DNA of 64,000 nucleotides from an uncultured delta proteobacterium (GCA_963745035.1 CAVUVW010000005.1:1-64000); one strand, 5' to 3'; counted from the stretch's first letter, positions 1 through 11,119 are shown. Numbers and translations are program-made. The notes: generated by a model not told the origin, from the letters alone.

Positions 1-168
1 ATGATCGGAGCGATTTCGTCGCGGGTGAACGAGTGTTGGCTATCATTCAATGTGGCGGTGCGTTCTCCAATGCGCGGCAAGTTCGTCGGCTCAATGTACA
101 CCGTTTGCCGCAAATGAAAAGAGGGCATCGGCGCACGGCTTCGCGCGCTCGCGGTGGTTGAAAACAGC

Positions 169-1067
169 TCAAGATGCGGGCGGCGCGGGCAGCGCCGGCG
201 CGGCGGTTGCCGCAGCTGCCTGGATGGTTCGAGCAGGCCGGCCGGCCTGCACCGCGTACTTTAGCCGGCGGCGAAACTCGCGACCGACAAAATACTGCTG
301 CGCCGGCTGGGTCTTGAAGCGGGCGCTGGATGAGTGACGGTCGTATCGGTAAAGTTTTCGACGCCGAAAACTTCGATCGGCTCCATGATCACGGCTGGCA
401 AATTCCTTTTCCGCTTTCATCTCGGCCCCGACTCGGCGCATGACTTCGATGACGCGATCGGTGTCCACCCGGAAGGGCAGGGCGACGTCGATCACGACGG
501 CGGACCAATCCATGGTCGCGTTGGCCAGCGTGTTGATCGAGCCGTTGGGAAACACATGGACGACGCCGGCTTGATCGCGCAGGATAACGGTGCGAAACGT
601 GACCGCTTCCACAACGCCGTCGTGCCGTTGATGATCGCGATATCGCCGACGCGAATTTGATTTTCGATCAACAAAAAGCAGCCGCTCACTAGATCGCGCA
701 CCAGATGCTGGGCGCCGAAACCGACCGCCAATCCCAAAACGCCGGCGCCGGCGAGTATCGGCCCGATGTTCACGCCGATCTGGCTGAGAACGATCAGTGC
801 GACGAGAAACCATAGAACGCCGGCGCTCAGCGTCCAAATCACGCTCGACAATGTCTTGATGCGCTTGGTGGTCGCCAGCGCGGTGTCTTCGCGGCGGGCG
901 GTCGCGGCGATAAGGAAACCTTCCAGCCGATTGAGGCCGGCACGCACCAATTTCGTGACGACATAAGCAAGCGCGATGATCAGCGCGATACGGATCAGAC
1001 CTTGCACAGCATTCACGCCGAGCCCCAAAAGAGCGGCGATGAATGTCTCCCAGGCGTTAGCGGTCAT
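169..1067 (-). CDS. Small-conductance mechanosensitive channel (MscS family), frameshifted in this sequence
   Basis: ORF 492..1154 carries TM segments and GAGVLGLAVGFGAQHLVRDLVSG...ENQIRVGD. The neighbouring frame (169..837) continues GVVEAVTFRTVILRD...HVFPNGSI. Likely start is the ATG at 1067. Confidence 0.88.
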
Positions 1068-1219
1068 AAGGCCCCCCTCGATCAATTGCCGTTTCTGGTC
1101 TTGTCGCAAAAAAACGCGGAAGATGCCAGCCGGCTGTCGCGGATCGCGCGACATATTTCGATTGACATAGCGTCACGGCTGCGATAAATTTTCGGCGACT
1201 CGATGGCAAGGAGAATTTT

Positions 1220-2228
1220 ATGGGACGAATCCTTTCGGCCGCTGCCTGCATGTCGCTCGCGCTCTTACTTGCAGGCCATCACGCCCTGGCGGCTTCAGTA
1301 GCCGACAAGATCAAATTTCCTTACTCCCCGATGTCCTGGAACAGTCTGCCCTGGTGGATGGCGAAGGAGGCAGGGCATTTCGAAAGGAATGGGCTGGACG
1401 TCGAGCTGCTCTATGAGGGCGCGTCGTCGGTGATCGTCCAGGCGATGCTAGCCGGCGAGTCGAATTTTGGCGGTTTGGCGGGACCGGCAGTCGTCAGCAA
1501 CGTGATCAGCGGCGGTGATGTGATTCAGATCGCCGCGATTGTCAAAACGTTCACGGTGCCCATGTTCTCCGCGCCGAACATCAAGGACGTCGCGCAGCTC
1601 AAAGGACAAAAGGTCGCGGTGAGTCGCTTCGGATCGATCTCGCATATCGCGGCACAGAATATTTTTCAGAAAGCCGGGGTAACCGGAGCCACGGTCATTC
1701 AATCCGGCGGCACTCCGGAATCCGCGGCGATGCTCATGTCGGGCGCGGTCGCCGCCGCGATGGTGCCGCCGCCGCAAAGTTTGATGCTCAAGGAAAAAGG
1801 CTACCGCGAGCTTGTGAGCGTGAAGCAGTTCCGCGAATGGAATATTCCCGTCGTGGAGAACGGCGTAGCGGCGCGGCGCTCATTTGTCGATAAGAATCCG
1901 AGCGTGGCGAAACGTTTCATACGGTCCGCCTTCGAGGGGATCAAGACGATCCACGAGAACAAGGAACTCGCGATCAAGACACTGGCGAAATACACCAAGA
2001 TCGGTGATGAAAAAATTTTGGAGGAAAGTTATCGCTTCTCGGTCGATGCACTCAGCAAAGAAGGCTCCATGCCTCCTGAAGCTTTCACCGCCCTCGTCGA
2101 ACAGTTGGTCAGCCAGAAATCGATCGATGAAGCCGCGTGCGAAGAAGTTGCCGCTAACCGCGTATTTCGACAATCGCTTTGTCAGCGAGTTGGAAAAGGA
2201 AGGTTTCTTCAAAAAGCTTTGGCAGTGA
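1220..2228 (+). CDS. ABC substrate-binding protein, NitT/TauT (SsuA/NMT1-like)
   Basis: Signal peptide, AKEAGHFERNGLDVEL, LKGQKVAVSRFGS. The C-terminus (YFDNRFVSELEKEGFFKKLWQ) is in a shifted frame ending at 2228. Confidence 0.85.
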
Positions 2229-2261
2229 AATTTGGTCTTTCAGTCTGGATGCCCGATAAAC

Positions 2262-2342
2262 TGCGATCTGTAATCTGAAATCTGAGACGCCGAAGGTGGG
2301 TCGTGAGGCGGGTTTGTCATTTGCGATTTGAATTTGAGATGC
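2262..2342. repeat. Degenerate heptamer repeats (AATCTGA / ATTTGAG type) at the left edge of the defence island
   Basis: gatctg-taatctg-aaatctg-ag and gatttg-aatttgagat. The same unit recurs at about 5843-5864, 6181-6238 and 53894-53916. Confidence 0.55.
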
Positions 2343-2441
2343 CGCAGGCGAGCCAAAAGCACGCCTTCGGCCTTGGCAACCCACCGCCTGATCGCGTAGA
2401 ATCCCCCGCTAACGACTTTCGCACATCCTGTAGATATTTGC

Positions 2442-4793
2442 GTGATCACCGAAGCCGACACCTGTAGAAAATACGTCCTGCCGAAACTGTACGCCGCCGG
2501 TTGGAACGACGATCAAATCAGCGAGCAAAAAAGTTTCACCGACGGCCGTATTATTGTCGTCGGCGTCAAGGGACGTCGCCGTCCTTGCAAGCGTGCCGAT
2601 TATCTTTTGCGCTACGCGAGAGATTTCATGCTGGCGGTGGTCGAAGCCAAGGCAGCGTACAAACTCCCCGGCGACGGTCTGCAGCAAGCCAAAGATTACG
2701 CGGCAGTGCTCGGCGTTAAATTCGCCTATTCGACCAACGGTCATGGAATCGTCGAGTTTGACTTTACGACCGGCGAAGAGCGCCATCTAGACGGCTTTCC
2801 CAAAACCCACCGACTTGTGGCAGCGCTTTCGAGCCAGCGAAAAGATCGAAGATGACGAAGCCGCGAGCAGGCTTTTGACGCCCGCCAACGCCGCCATCGG
2901 CAAAGGCCAGCGCTACTACCAGGAAATCGCCATCAACCGGGTCGTTCAGGCGGTGCTGCAAGGCAAGAAACGAATCCTGCTCACCATGGCGACGGGCACC
3001 GGCAAAACCGCCGTGGCTTTTCAGATCTGCTGGAAGCTCTGGAATATGCGCTGGAACCGCGCCGGCGAGCATCGCCGGCCGAAGATTCTCTATCTGGCGG
3101 ATCGAAATATTTTGGTCGACGATCCCAAGGACAAAATGTTCACGACCTTCGGCGATGCCCGCTGGAAAATCGAGAACGGCGAAGTGAACAAGGGCCGCGA
3201 AATGTATTTCGCGATTTACCAGGCGATCGCCAAGGACGAGCACCGCCCCGGGCTCTACAAAGAATACTCGAAGGACTTTTTCGATCTGATCATCGTCGAT
3301 GAGTGCCATCGCGGCAGTGCCAAAGACGACAGCAACTGGCGGGAGATCCTGCGCTACTTCGAGCCGGCTTTTCAATTGGGCATGACGGCGACGCCGCTGC
3401 GGAAAGACAATCGCGATACTTACCGCTACTTCGGCAATCCCATCTACACCTACAGCCTGCGCCAGGGCATCGATGACGGCTTTCTCGCGCCCTACCGGGT
3501 CCATCGCATTGTGACCGAGTGGGACGCCGCGGGCTGGCGCCCGAGCCAGGGCGATCTCGATCGCTACGGCCGGACGATACCTGACAGTGAGTATCAGACC
3601 GTCGATTTCGAGCGCGCCGTTGCGCTCAAAGCCCGCACTGCGGCGATCGCGCGCAATCTCACGGATTTCATGAAAAAGACCGATCGCTTCGCCAAGACGA
3701 TCGTGTTCTGCGTCGACCAGGAACACGCGGACGAGATGCGCGGCGCGCTCAATAACCTGAACGCTGATCTAGTGAAGCAGTACCCCGACTATGTTTGCCG
3801 CATCACTTCGGACGAGGGCAGCGTCGGCAAAGGGTAGCTCAGCAAGTTTCAGGAGCTGGAAACCGTGACTCCGGTGATCGTGACCACGTCGCAGTTGCTC
3901 ACCACCGGCGTCGATGTTCCGACCTGCAAGAATATCGTGATCGCGCGGGTGGTCGGCTCGATGGTGGAATTCAAACAGATCATCGGCCGCGGCACCCGCG
4001 TGCGCGATGATTACGACAAGTATTTTTTCAATATTCTCGACTACACCGGGTCGGCGACGCGACTGTTTGCCGACCGGACTTCGACGGCGATCCGGCCTTG
4101 GTGACCGAGCTGGAGATGACTGAAGCCGGTGAAACGATAAACGAGGTTACAACCGAGGAAACGACGGTTGCGGAATCCCAAGAAGACGGCCCGACGATCG
4201 CCGATGATTCCGAAGGGGTTCGGCGAAAATATTACTTTGACGGCGGCCAGGTCGAGATCGCCGCGCATCTGGTTTACGAGCTCGATCCGGACGGGAGGCA
4301 GTTGCGTGTCGTGCGATTTTCCGAATACGCCGCCGAGAAAGTGCGAACCATCTATCCTTCGGCGGCTGACTTGCGGAAACAGTGGGCGGATCCGGCGCTT
4401 CGCGCCGAGATCATCGCCAAACTGGAGGAACGCGGCATCGATTTCGATCAACTGAGAGAGTCGAGCAACCAGCCGGAAGCCGATCCTTTCGACCTGCTGT
4501 GCCATCTCGCTTTCAACGGCCCCTTGCGCACGCGGCGCGAGCGCGCCGACCGGGTTAAGAAAGATGAAAAGAATTTCTTCGAGAAATACGGACCGGAAGC
4601 GCGGGCGATTCTCACCGATCTCTTGGAAAAATACGCCGAGCACGGCACCGCGCAGTTCGTCATTCCCGACGTTCTCAAAGTCCCGCCGATTTCACAGCGA
4701 GGCAACGTAATCGAGATCGCCGAGCTATTCGGCGGGCCGGACGAGCTTCGACAAGCAGTGGCCGAGTTGCAGGCTCTGCTATACGCCGCGTGA
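2442..4793 (+). CDS. hsdR: Type I restriction enzyme R subunit (EcoAI/EcoEI-like); split by two frameshifts and one in-frame TAG
   Basis: N-terminal TEADTCRKYVLPKL, nuclease motif ADYLL...VVEAK, Walker A MATGTGKT, DECH box, FKQIIGRGTR, and an EcoEI-R-type C-terminus (DPFDLLCHLAF...FGG). Confidence 0.93.
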
Positions 4794-4800
4794 CAGAAAC

Positions 4801-4879
4801 CTTACATTGAATGTAAGTATTTTGTGGTAGATCTGGCTGCTATGTTTGCAAAAACCTTACAATTAATGTAAGGTTTTTG
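4801..4879. promoter_or_regulatory. Two palindromic operators (CTTACA-N5-TGTAAG) directly upstream of the AbiEi-like gene
   Basis: IR1 4801-4817 is CTTACATT-G-AATGTAAG. IR2 4849-4879 is CAAAAACCTTACA-ATTAA-TGTAAGGTTTTTG with perfect 13-bp arms, ending just before the ATG at 4881. Confidence 0.85.
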
Positions 4880-4880
4880 T

Positions 4881-5496
4881 ATGAAAAGAGATCCGAGAGA
4901 GACTGAAAGGCGCCTTTTGGCTATCGCGTCGAGTCAGGGCGGCTACTTTACTGCAAGGCAAGCTCTTTCGGTCGGCTATACCTACAGACAGCAACACTTT
5001 CATCGAGAGCGGGGCAATTGGCTTCCGATCGATCACGGGTTGTTTCGGCTCAGAGACTATCCCAACAGCCCCCACGAGGACCTCATTAGGTGGTCTATGT
5101 GGAGCCGTGACCAAAGAGGAAACATAAAAGCCGTTGTCTCACACGAAAGCGCCCTTGATTTTCATGATCTCGGAGAAGTGATGCCGGCGAAACTTCACAT
5201 GACCGTGCCGAACAATTTCAGAAAGCAAGCTCCGGAAGCATGTGTGCTGCACTACAACGATCTCCCCACCGGTCGATATCGAGAGTCACGACGGCTTTCT
5301 CGTCACGACACCTCTAAGAACGCTCAAAGATGTTGCGGAAGGTGATCTTAGCCCAGAGTATCTGGCAAAAGCGCTGCACGACTCTTTGCATCGTGGAATC
5401 GTTCGAAGGAAGCAGCTCGAACAAAACGGACTCTCGAATGCAGGGAAACAACGCGTTGAACGAAGCTCTCAGAGTTTTGGAAATCGAAGCCAGGTA
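4881..5496 (+). CDS. Type IV TA AbiEi-family antitoxin / transcriptional regulator (frameshifted)
   Basis: N-terminal wHTH-like LAIASSQGGYFTARQALSVG...IDHGLFRL, then VVSHESALDFHDL...LHMTVP, continuing in the next frame with FLVTTPLRTLKDV. These are typical AbiEi signatures. Confidence 0.8.
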
Positions 5497-5537
5497 AAAA
5501 TGATAGTCCGAGAGGTGAAAGAGTTCACGGCTGCTCT

Positions 5538-6054
5538 ATGCGGCATACATTGATCGCCCAGCTCCGTGACTGTGAGATCTGCAATTGAAATTGGGATTGC
5601 CGCGACTTCGATTTCGAACAATTCGCTGAGGGCTTTGAGCAGAACGGCAGACCACTGACAGAGCTATAGGCCCTTATTCTTTAGATAGCAATGCGCTTCG
5701 GTCATCCGGCTGTGCGATCACTGGAGTGCGGCGCTATCGTCGAACATGGGAGATGATCCTGTGAACCTGTCTTGCCGCCAGCCGGGGCTCGGCAGGCGAA
5801 GTTCGCTCGATGATGCGGGTCTTGGGGATGGGCGGCCTTCGGCAATCTCAAATCTCAAATTTCATTTATACGCCGGTGTGAAAGGATTTCAAAGCAGCTT
5901 TACGGGTGGATCGAGAGTCTGAAGAATTCTGAAATCGCCGGGCAGCGCCGGTTGGATGAGAAAGCAAGGAATCGCTATGCGGGCAAAAAAGGAGCGGGAG
6001 CAATTCCTGGAAGAGCTGCGCCGTGTCAGCGCCAAGCCGGCAAAAGAATCATGA
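5538..6054 (+). CDS. Four-helix-bundle protein (23S rRNA IVS protein / TIGR02436-like), heavily garbled
   Basis: Manual translation gives SAIExG, AATSISNN-AEGFE (about 5598-5640), RGSAGEVRSMM (about 5783-5815), NLKSQIS and ISKQLYGWIESLKNSEIAGQRRL...EREQFLEELRR, with TGA at 6054. Confidence 0.7.
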
Positions 6055-6239
6055 TCCTGCATGCTGCTGCGAAGCGGATTGACTTTTGTTCCATGAGATT
6101 TCCTTCTCCATCGGGATTCACTGTAATCTGAGGATTGTTGCCTGCTGAAATCGTGCAATTTCCGTAAATGGGTCATTGCCGAGATTTGAGATTGGTCATG
6201 CGATATTCACAATTCTGAAAAGATTTGAGATCTGAAAGC

Positions 6240-7790
6240 ATGGCTCGAACGACTAAAGCAAAGAACACCCAACCCCTCACCACCGCGCAGCGGCTCGGCA
6301 TCCATCGTCAAGTCCGCCGCGACATCATGCGCAAGGACAAGGGGCTCAACGGCGACCTCGACCGCCTGCCGATGCTCACCTGGATCATGTTCCTGAAGTT
6401 CCTCGACGACCTGGAGCAGATCGCCGAGGAGGAAGCGAAGCTGGCCGGCAAGACGCTTCCGCCCGGCGATCGAGCCGCCGTATCGCTGGCGCGACTGGGC
6501 GGCCAAAGCCGACGGCATCACCGGCGACGAGCTGATCGCCTTCATCAACAACGAGGAAGCCGTCCGGCCCGACGGCAAGCAAGGGCCCGGGCCTGTTCGC
6601 CTATCTGCGCGGCTTGCAAGGCGCCAACGGCGGCGACCGGCGCGACGTGATCGCCACCGTGTTCAGGGGCACGATCAACCGGATGATCAGCGGCTACCTG
6701 CTGCGCGACGTGATCAACAAGGTCGGCGGCATCCACTTCACCAGCAGCGACGAGATCCACACCCTCGGCCACCTCTACGAGTCCATGCTCCGGGAGATGC
6801 GCGACGCGGCCGGCGACTCCGGCGAGTTCTACACGCCGCGCGCCGTCGTCCGCTTCATGGTCGAGGTGACCGACCCGCAGGCTCGGCGAAATGGTCCTCG
6901 ACCCGGCCTGCGGCACCGGCGGCTTTCTCGTCGAGGCGTTCGAGCACCTGGAGAAGCAGTGCAAGACCGTCGAGGACCGGCGGATGCTGCAAGACGCAGA
7001 GCATCTTCGGCGGCGAGGCCAAGCCGCTGCCGTACCTGCTCTGCCAGATGAACCTGCTCCTGCACGGGCTGGAATCGCCGCAGATCGACCGCGGCAACAG
7101 CCTGCGCTTCAAGCTGCGCGAGATCGGCGACAAGGACCGCGTGGACGTGATCCTCACCAATCCGCCCTTCGGCGGCGAGGAGGAGCGCGGCATCCACGGC
7201 AACTTCCCCGAGGACAAGCAGACCTCCGAAACCGCGCTGCTGTTCCTGCAGCTCATCATGCGCAAGCTCAAGCGCCCACGCCGAAAGCGCAGGCCGCGCC
7301 GCCGTCGTCGTGCCCAACGGCACGCTCTTCGGCGACGGCGTCTGCGCGCGCATCAAGGAGGAACTGCTCAAGGAGTTCAACCTGCACACGATCGTCCGCC
7401 TGCCCAACGGCGTCTTCGCCCCCTACACCAGCATCCCGACCAATCTGCTGTTCTTCGACCGCTCCGGGCCGACGAAGGAAGTCTGGTACTACGAGCAGCC
7501 GCTGCCCGAAGGCCGGAAGAACTACACCAAGACCGCAGCCGATCCAGTTCGAGGAGTTCGCCGACTGCCTCGCGTGGTGGACGACAAGCGGGAAGAGAAC
7601 GACCGCGCCTGGAAAGTGCCCGCCGCCGAGTTGCTCGCCAACGGCTGCAACCTCGACCGCAAGAACCCGCAACGCCGCCAAAGACTTCGCGCACCTGCCG
7701 CCGGAGCAACTCGCCGACGACATCCTCAAGAAGGAGCAGCGCATCGCGGAGATCATGGCGGAGATCAAAGCGCGCTCTCGCTTCGAGTGA
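6240..7790 (+). CDS. hsdM: Type I R-M DNA adenine methyltransferase M subunit (multiple frameshifts)
   Basis: RDIMRKDKGLNGDLDRLP, SGEFYTPR, motif I DPACGTGGFL, motif IV NPPF, VRLPNGVFAPYTSIPTN. Confidence 0.93.
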
Positions 7791-9054
7791 CTCACTGACC
7801 CCCCTCCGCCGATCTTGATGCGCCCCGACGAAATACTGAAATGACTCCGAGTTAGCACGGCCTGAGCCGGTTGAGCCAGAAACGACTTACAAAATCCTTG
7901 GTGCCCATGGTATGCCGAGGGCTTGTAGTGAAAGGATTGACTGGCTCGCAGATTAGGGCGGATAAGGTCTATCGGGTTCGAGGAGGGAGATTTCGTCTAT
8001 AATAGACTTTTGCTTGGAAGGGTTCGTTTGCTGCGTCGTCAACTGCAGCTAACGACGGATGTTACGTCTTCGAAATGAGTTTCCATGTTTTGTCGTGAAG
8101 CCAGATAAGGCTGACGCAAATTTCTTGTGGCGCTATTTCAGCCGTACGTCTGCTTGGGATGAAGCGCTGGGATTAAGCACAGGCGGAACACCGACCAGCA
8201 GAATAGACTCAAGGAAGAAAAATTTCTTGCCATTTAAATTCAGCTTCCCTCGCTCGCCAGAGCAGCGGCGGATCGTGGCGCGGATCGAAGAACTGGCCGC
8301 CAAAATCAACGAGGCGCAGGGCCTGCGGCAGCAGGCAGGAGGCCGAATCTGAGGCCCTCATACTGCCCGTACCTCAACCTTATTTTCGGGGATTACTATA
8401 AGGGTTTGCCTGGTAAGTTGAAGCTACCGAATTGGGACACGACTAAATAATGGTTGTGAGCTGATGTGGCCGACGGTCCGCACATTACGCCGACCTATGT
8501 GGCGGAAGGCATTCCCTTCTATCACTGTTCTGAATATCACTGTCGGGTCGGATTCTACTTTGGAGACCACAAAATATGTTACGCCCTGACGACCACCCGA
8601 AAATTTCAGAAACGTGCCAAAGCGGAGGTGGGGGGATGTTCTGATTAGCAAAAGATGGCACAATCGGCATTCCCATGTTTCGTTTGATACAGCGATAAGG
8701 CCATCAAGTTTTTTTGTGGGTCAGTAGCTTTTTGATCAAGGCCTAAGCGGAGTGAACCCCTCGATGGTGAGTTTCTGGCATGGGTTATCCGCACCCTCAT
8801 GTCCTGCAAGACACGCATCAAATCGCGTTCAAAGGGGAGACATGATTCGACACCTAGTCTGGCTGCGGAAATTCGCGATCTTATGAATTTCCCTTGCCAT
8901 CTTACTTCCGGAGCAGCGGCGGATAGTGGCGGAGTTACAAACCATTGCAAGCCCAAGGCGGACGGACTGAAAAACACTCCAAGCCTAAACCGCCGCGGGA
9001 ATTGACGCGCTGTTGCCCTCGATCCTCGACAAAGCGTTTAAGGGTGAGTTATAA
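7790..9054 (+). CDS. hsdS: Type I R-M specificity subunit, heavily garbled
   Basis: Central conserved region EQRRIVARIEELAAKI, second TRD start DGPHITPTYVAEGIPF, and terminal EQRRIVAEL...DALLPSILDKAFKGEL with TAA at 9054. A 21-bp direct repeat lies at 8260-8280 and 8911-8931. Confidence 0.85.
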
Positions 9055-9065
9055 GCGTTACGAAT

Positions 9066-9501
9066 ATGCTGACGCAGGCAGAGGCGGATGCTTTAATTGC
9101 AATGGAAAAGCGCTTCATTCAACTTTTGCCTGTCTACTCTTCGTCCAGGCAAAAATCAAACATTCGAACTCAGCGGTTACCCTGATACAAAAGAACGTTT
9201 CTTTCTAGATCTCTGGAGAGGGAGTATTAAGCTAACGAAATATCGATTTCAGAACCGGGGAAGAAAAGTTGTTATCCTGGTTCGACTAGAACTGAATGCT
9301 GCTCCGCACACAAATCCTGATGGTACTCGTATTGGAGGGACGCACATACACCTGTATCGTGAGGGATATGAAGATAAGTGGGCGATTCCCGTGTCTCCAG
9401 CTCAATTCCGGGATGTTTCGAGTTTACGTCGGACATTCGACGACTTCTGTCAATACTGCAATATAAGTGAACAACCTCCCTTCCAAGAGGAGTTGGTGTG
9501 A
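9066..9501 (+). CDS. Uncharacterised protein, DUF6978-like (PHxNPDG...HxHxY motif)
   Basis: Starts MLTQAEADALIAMEK at 9066, with one frameshift near 9135 into ORF 9097..9501 (LVRLELNAAPHTNPDGTRIGGTHIHLYREGYEDKWA...FCQYCNI). Family name is recalled, not searched. Confidence 0.7.
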
Positions 9502-10386
9502 ATAGAGAAGACTGCCAGAAGTTAGTCGACTCATATCTGAGTTGGCTTAAGGAAGGACTGTCAGTTGCGACGGTTGGAGAAAGCTGTGAGCTGACTACTC
9601 CGTTTCTCGATCGTCATAACGACCATCTCCAAGTATATGCCGAACGAGACAACGGAAAAATAATTCTCAGTGATGACGGTTACATTCTTGCTGACCTGGA
9701 AGCCAGCGGCCTTGAGTTCGTTACCCCGAAACGTAAATTGGTGTTGGATGCAATTTTGAACGGACTCGGCGTGAGGTTGGATCAAGAGCGTCTCGTAATT
9801 AAAGCGTCCAAGCGAAACCTTGGTCAAAGACTTCATTCTCTCGTTCAAGCGATGTTGGCAGTCAATGATATGTTTGTCCTGGCACAACCGCGAGTGGCGA
9901 CGTACTTCTGGGAAGACGTACGAATGTTCCTTGACCAAAATAATGTAAGATATAGTCCTCGTGTCAAACTCTCGGGTCGCACCGGATATGATCACGGCAT
10001 TGATTTTCTAATTCCGAAATCATCAAGCTGGCCCAGAGCGATCTATACAAGCGATAAACGCTCCAAACAAAAATACGATCGGAACATACTTGTTTTCTCT
10101 TGTAGACACACGGAAAGCGAGGGGTGATAGCGCGGAGGCCTATGCTTTTCTAAACGACGGCGAGCGAAAAGTGGGTGGTGACGTAATGGAAGCCTTGGAA
10201 GCGTATGCCGTTAAACCAGTATTGTGGACTCATCGAGAGCAGCATGTTCGGATCGTGCCACTAAATTCTCCTCATTTATGTGCGGAGAGCTTAGGGTCGG
10301 ACATAACAATCTCACCAATCTTCAGATTGATAGTTGAGAGGCCGAGCGACAACGGCCCTTTCGCTTCACTTAGCCACGGATCCTGA
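9498..10386 (+). CDS. DUF1828 + DUF1829 domain protein (C-terminal restriction-endonuclease-like fold); 3' end uncertain
   Basis: ELTTPFLDRHNDHLQVY...LSDDGY (DUF1828-like) and LSGRTGYDHGIDFLIP, then after a shift PERSIQAINAPNK...AFLND (DUF1829-like). GTGA overlap with the upstream stop. Confidence 0.78.
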
Positions 10387-10453
10387 TCATCCGCGAGAAG
10401 TTTGTATGAACTAAGTTTTCGATTTTCTCGTAGTTGACTGCCTCAACTCGGGA

Positions 10454-11119
10454 CTATTCATTGACGACATTTTTGATCGCCGCCGGCATTCCCACCTCAT
10501 CATTTTTTTTCAACCATCTCAGTGCGCCGGGGTTGTCGGTTTCGGTCAGGAGCAGATGATCGGGGATCGCTCGGGCGATTTCTTTGATGTAATCCGAGTA
10601 GAGTACTTCGACGCCGATGGTGAAGTAGCAGCCGTAATCGATCATGGCCCGCAGGATGTCCATTGGGCCGGAGTACCAATGGATGATGGCGCGCTTCAGG
10701 TCGTATTTTTCCAGCAGGTCGAGAATTTCTTTTTCGCCGGCTTTGGTGTGCAGGTTGACGAATTTGTTTTGCTCGGCGGCGGCGGCGATGAAGTACTCCA
10801 GCACTTTGCGCTGAGCCGGATAAGTCGAGGTGTCTTTGACCCAATGAAAGTCCAGGCCGATCTCTCCGATGGCCGGGCTCATTTCGATGTAGCGGCCGAT
10901 GTCGCGCAATTGGCCGGCGTATTCGGCAGCGCGCCTGGGATGGATGCCGAACGTCGGCAGCACGAGATCGGAGCGTTCGCCGATTTTCTGCAGCTCTAGA
11001 TACGACGGCACGTCCATCGCCGTGGCGACGGTGAAGATGCGATGCTCTTCAATCTCCCGCAGCGCGTCGTCGACTAGATCGCCGTATTTGTCGAGGTGGA
11101 CGTGAGCGTCGATCAGCAT
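10454..11119 (-). CDS. tatD: TatD family metallohydrolase/DNase
   Basis: LIDAHVHL, AIGEIGLDF, LHT, IIHWYSG, LLTETDNP. The C-terminal helix appears to continue past 10454 through indels to about 10360. Confidence 0.92.
   Translation of the reverse strand: MLIDAHVHLDKYGDLVDDALREIEEHRIFTVATAMDVPSYLELQKIGERSDLVLPTFGIHPRRAAEYAGQLRDIGRYIEMSPAIGEIGLDFHWVKDTSTYPAQRKVLEYFIAAAAEQNKFVNLHTKAGEKEILDLLEKYDLKRAIIHWYSGPMDILRAMIDYGCYFTIGVEVLYSDYIKEIARAIPDHLLLTETDNPGALRWLKKNDEVGMPAAIKNVVNE

Noticed and set aside
1-168. Partial gene at the left edge
   Set aside because: Too little sequence to assign a frame or product.
3835-3837. In-frame TAG in hsdR as pyrrolysine or readthrough
   Set aside because: The position is non-catalytic (GKG-x-LSKF), TAG is one base from TAC/TAT, and there is no pyl context. 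It is probably an error or a nonsense mutation.
5538-6054. Diversity-generating retroelement (Avd-like gene)
   Set aside because: No reverse transcriptase and no TR/VR repeat pair were found in the window.
10340-10460. tatD truncated by island insertion
   Set aside because: The minus strand continues with a plausible C-terminal helix (ELRQST-EKIENLVHTNFSRMI) through small indels.
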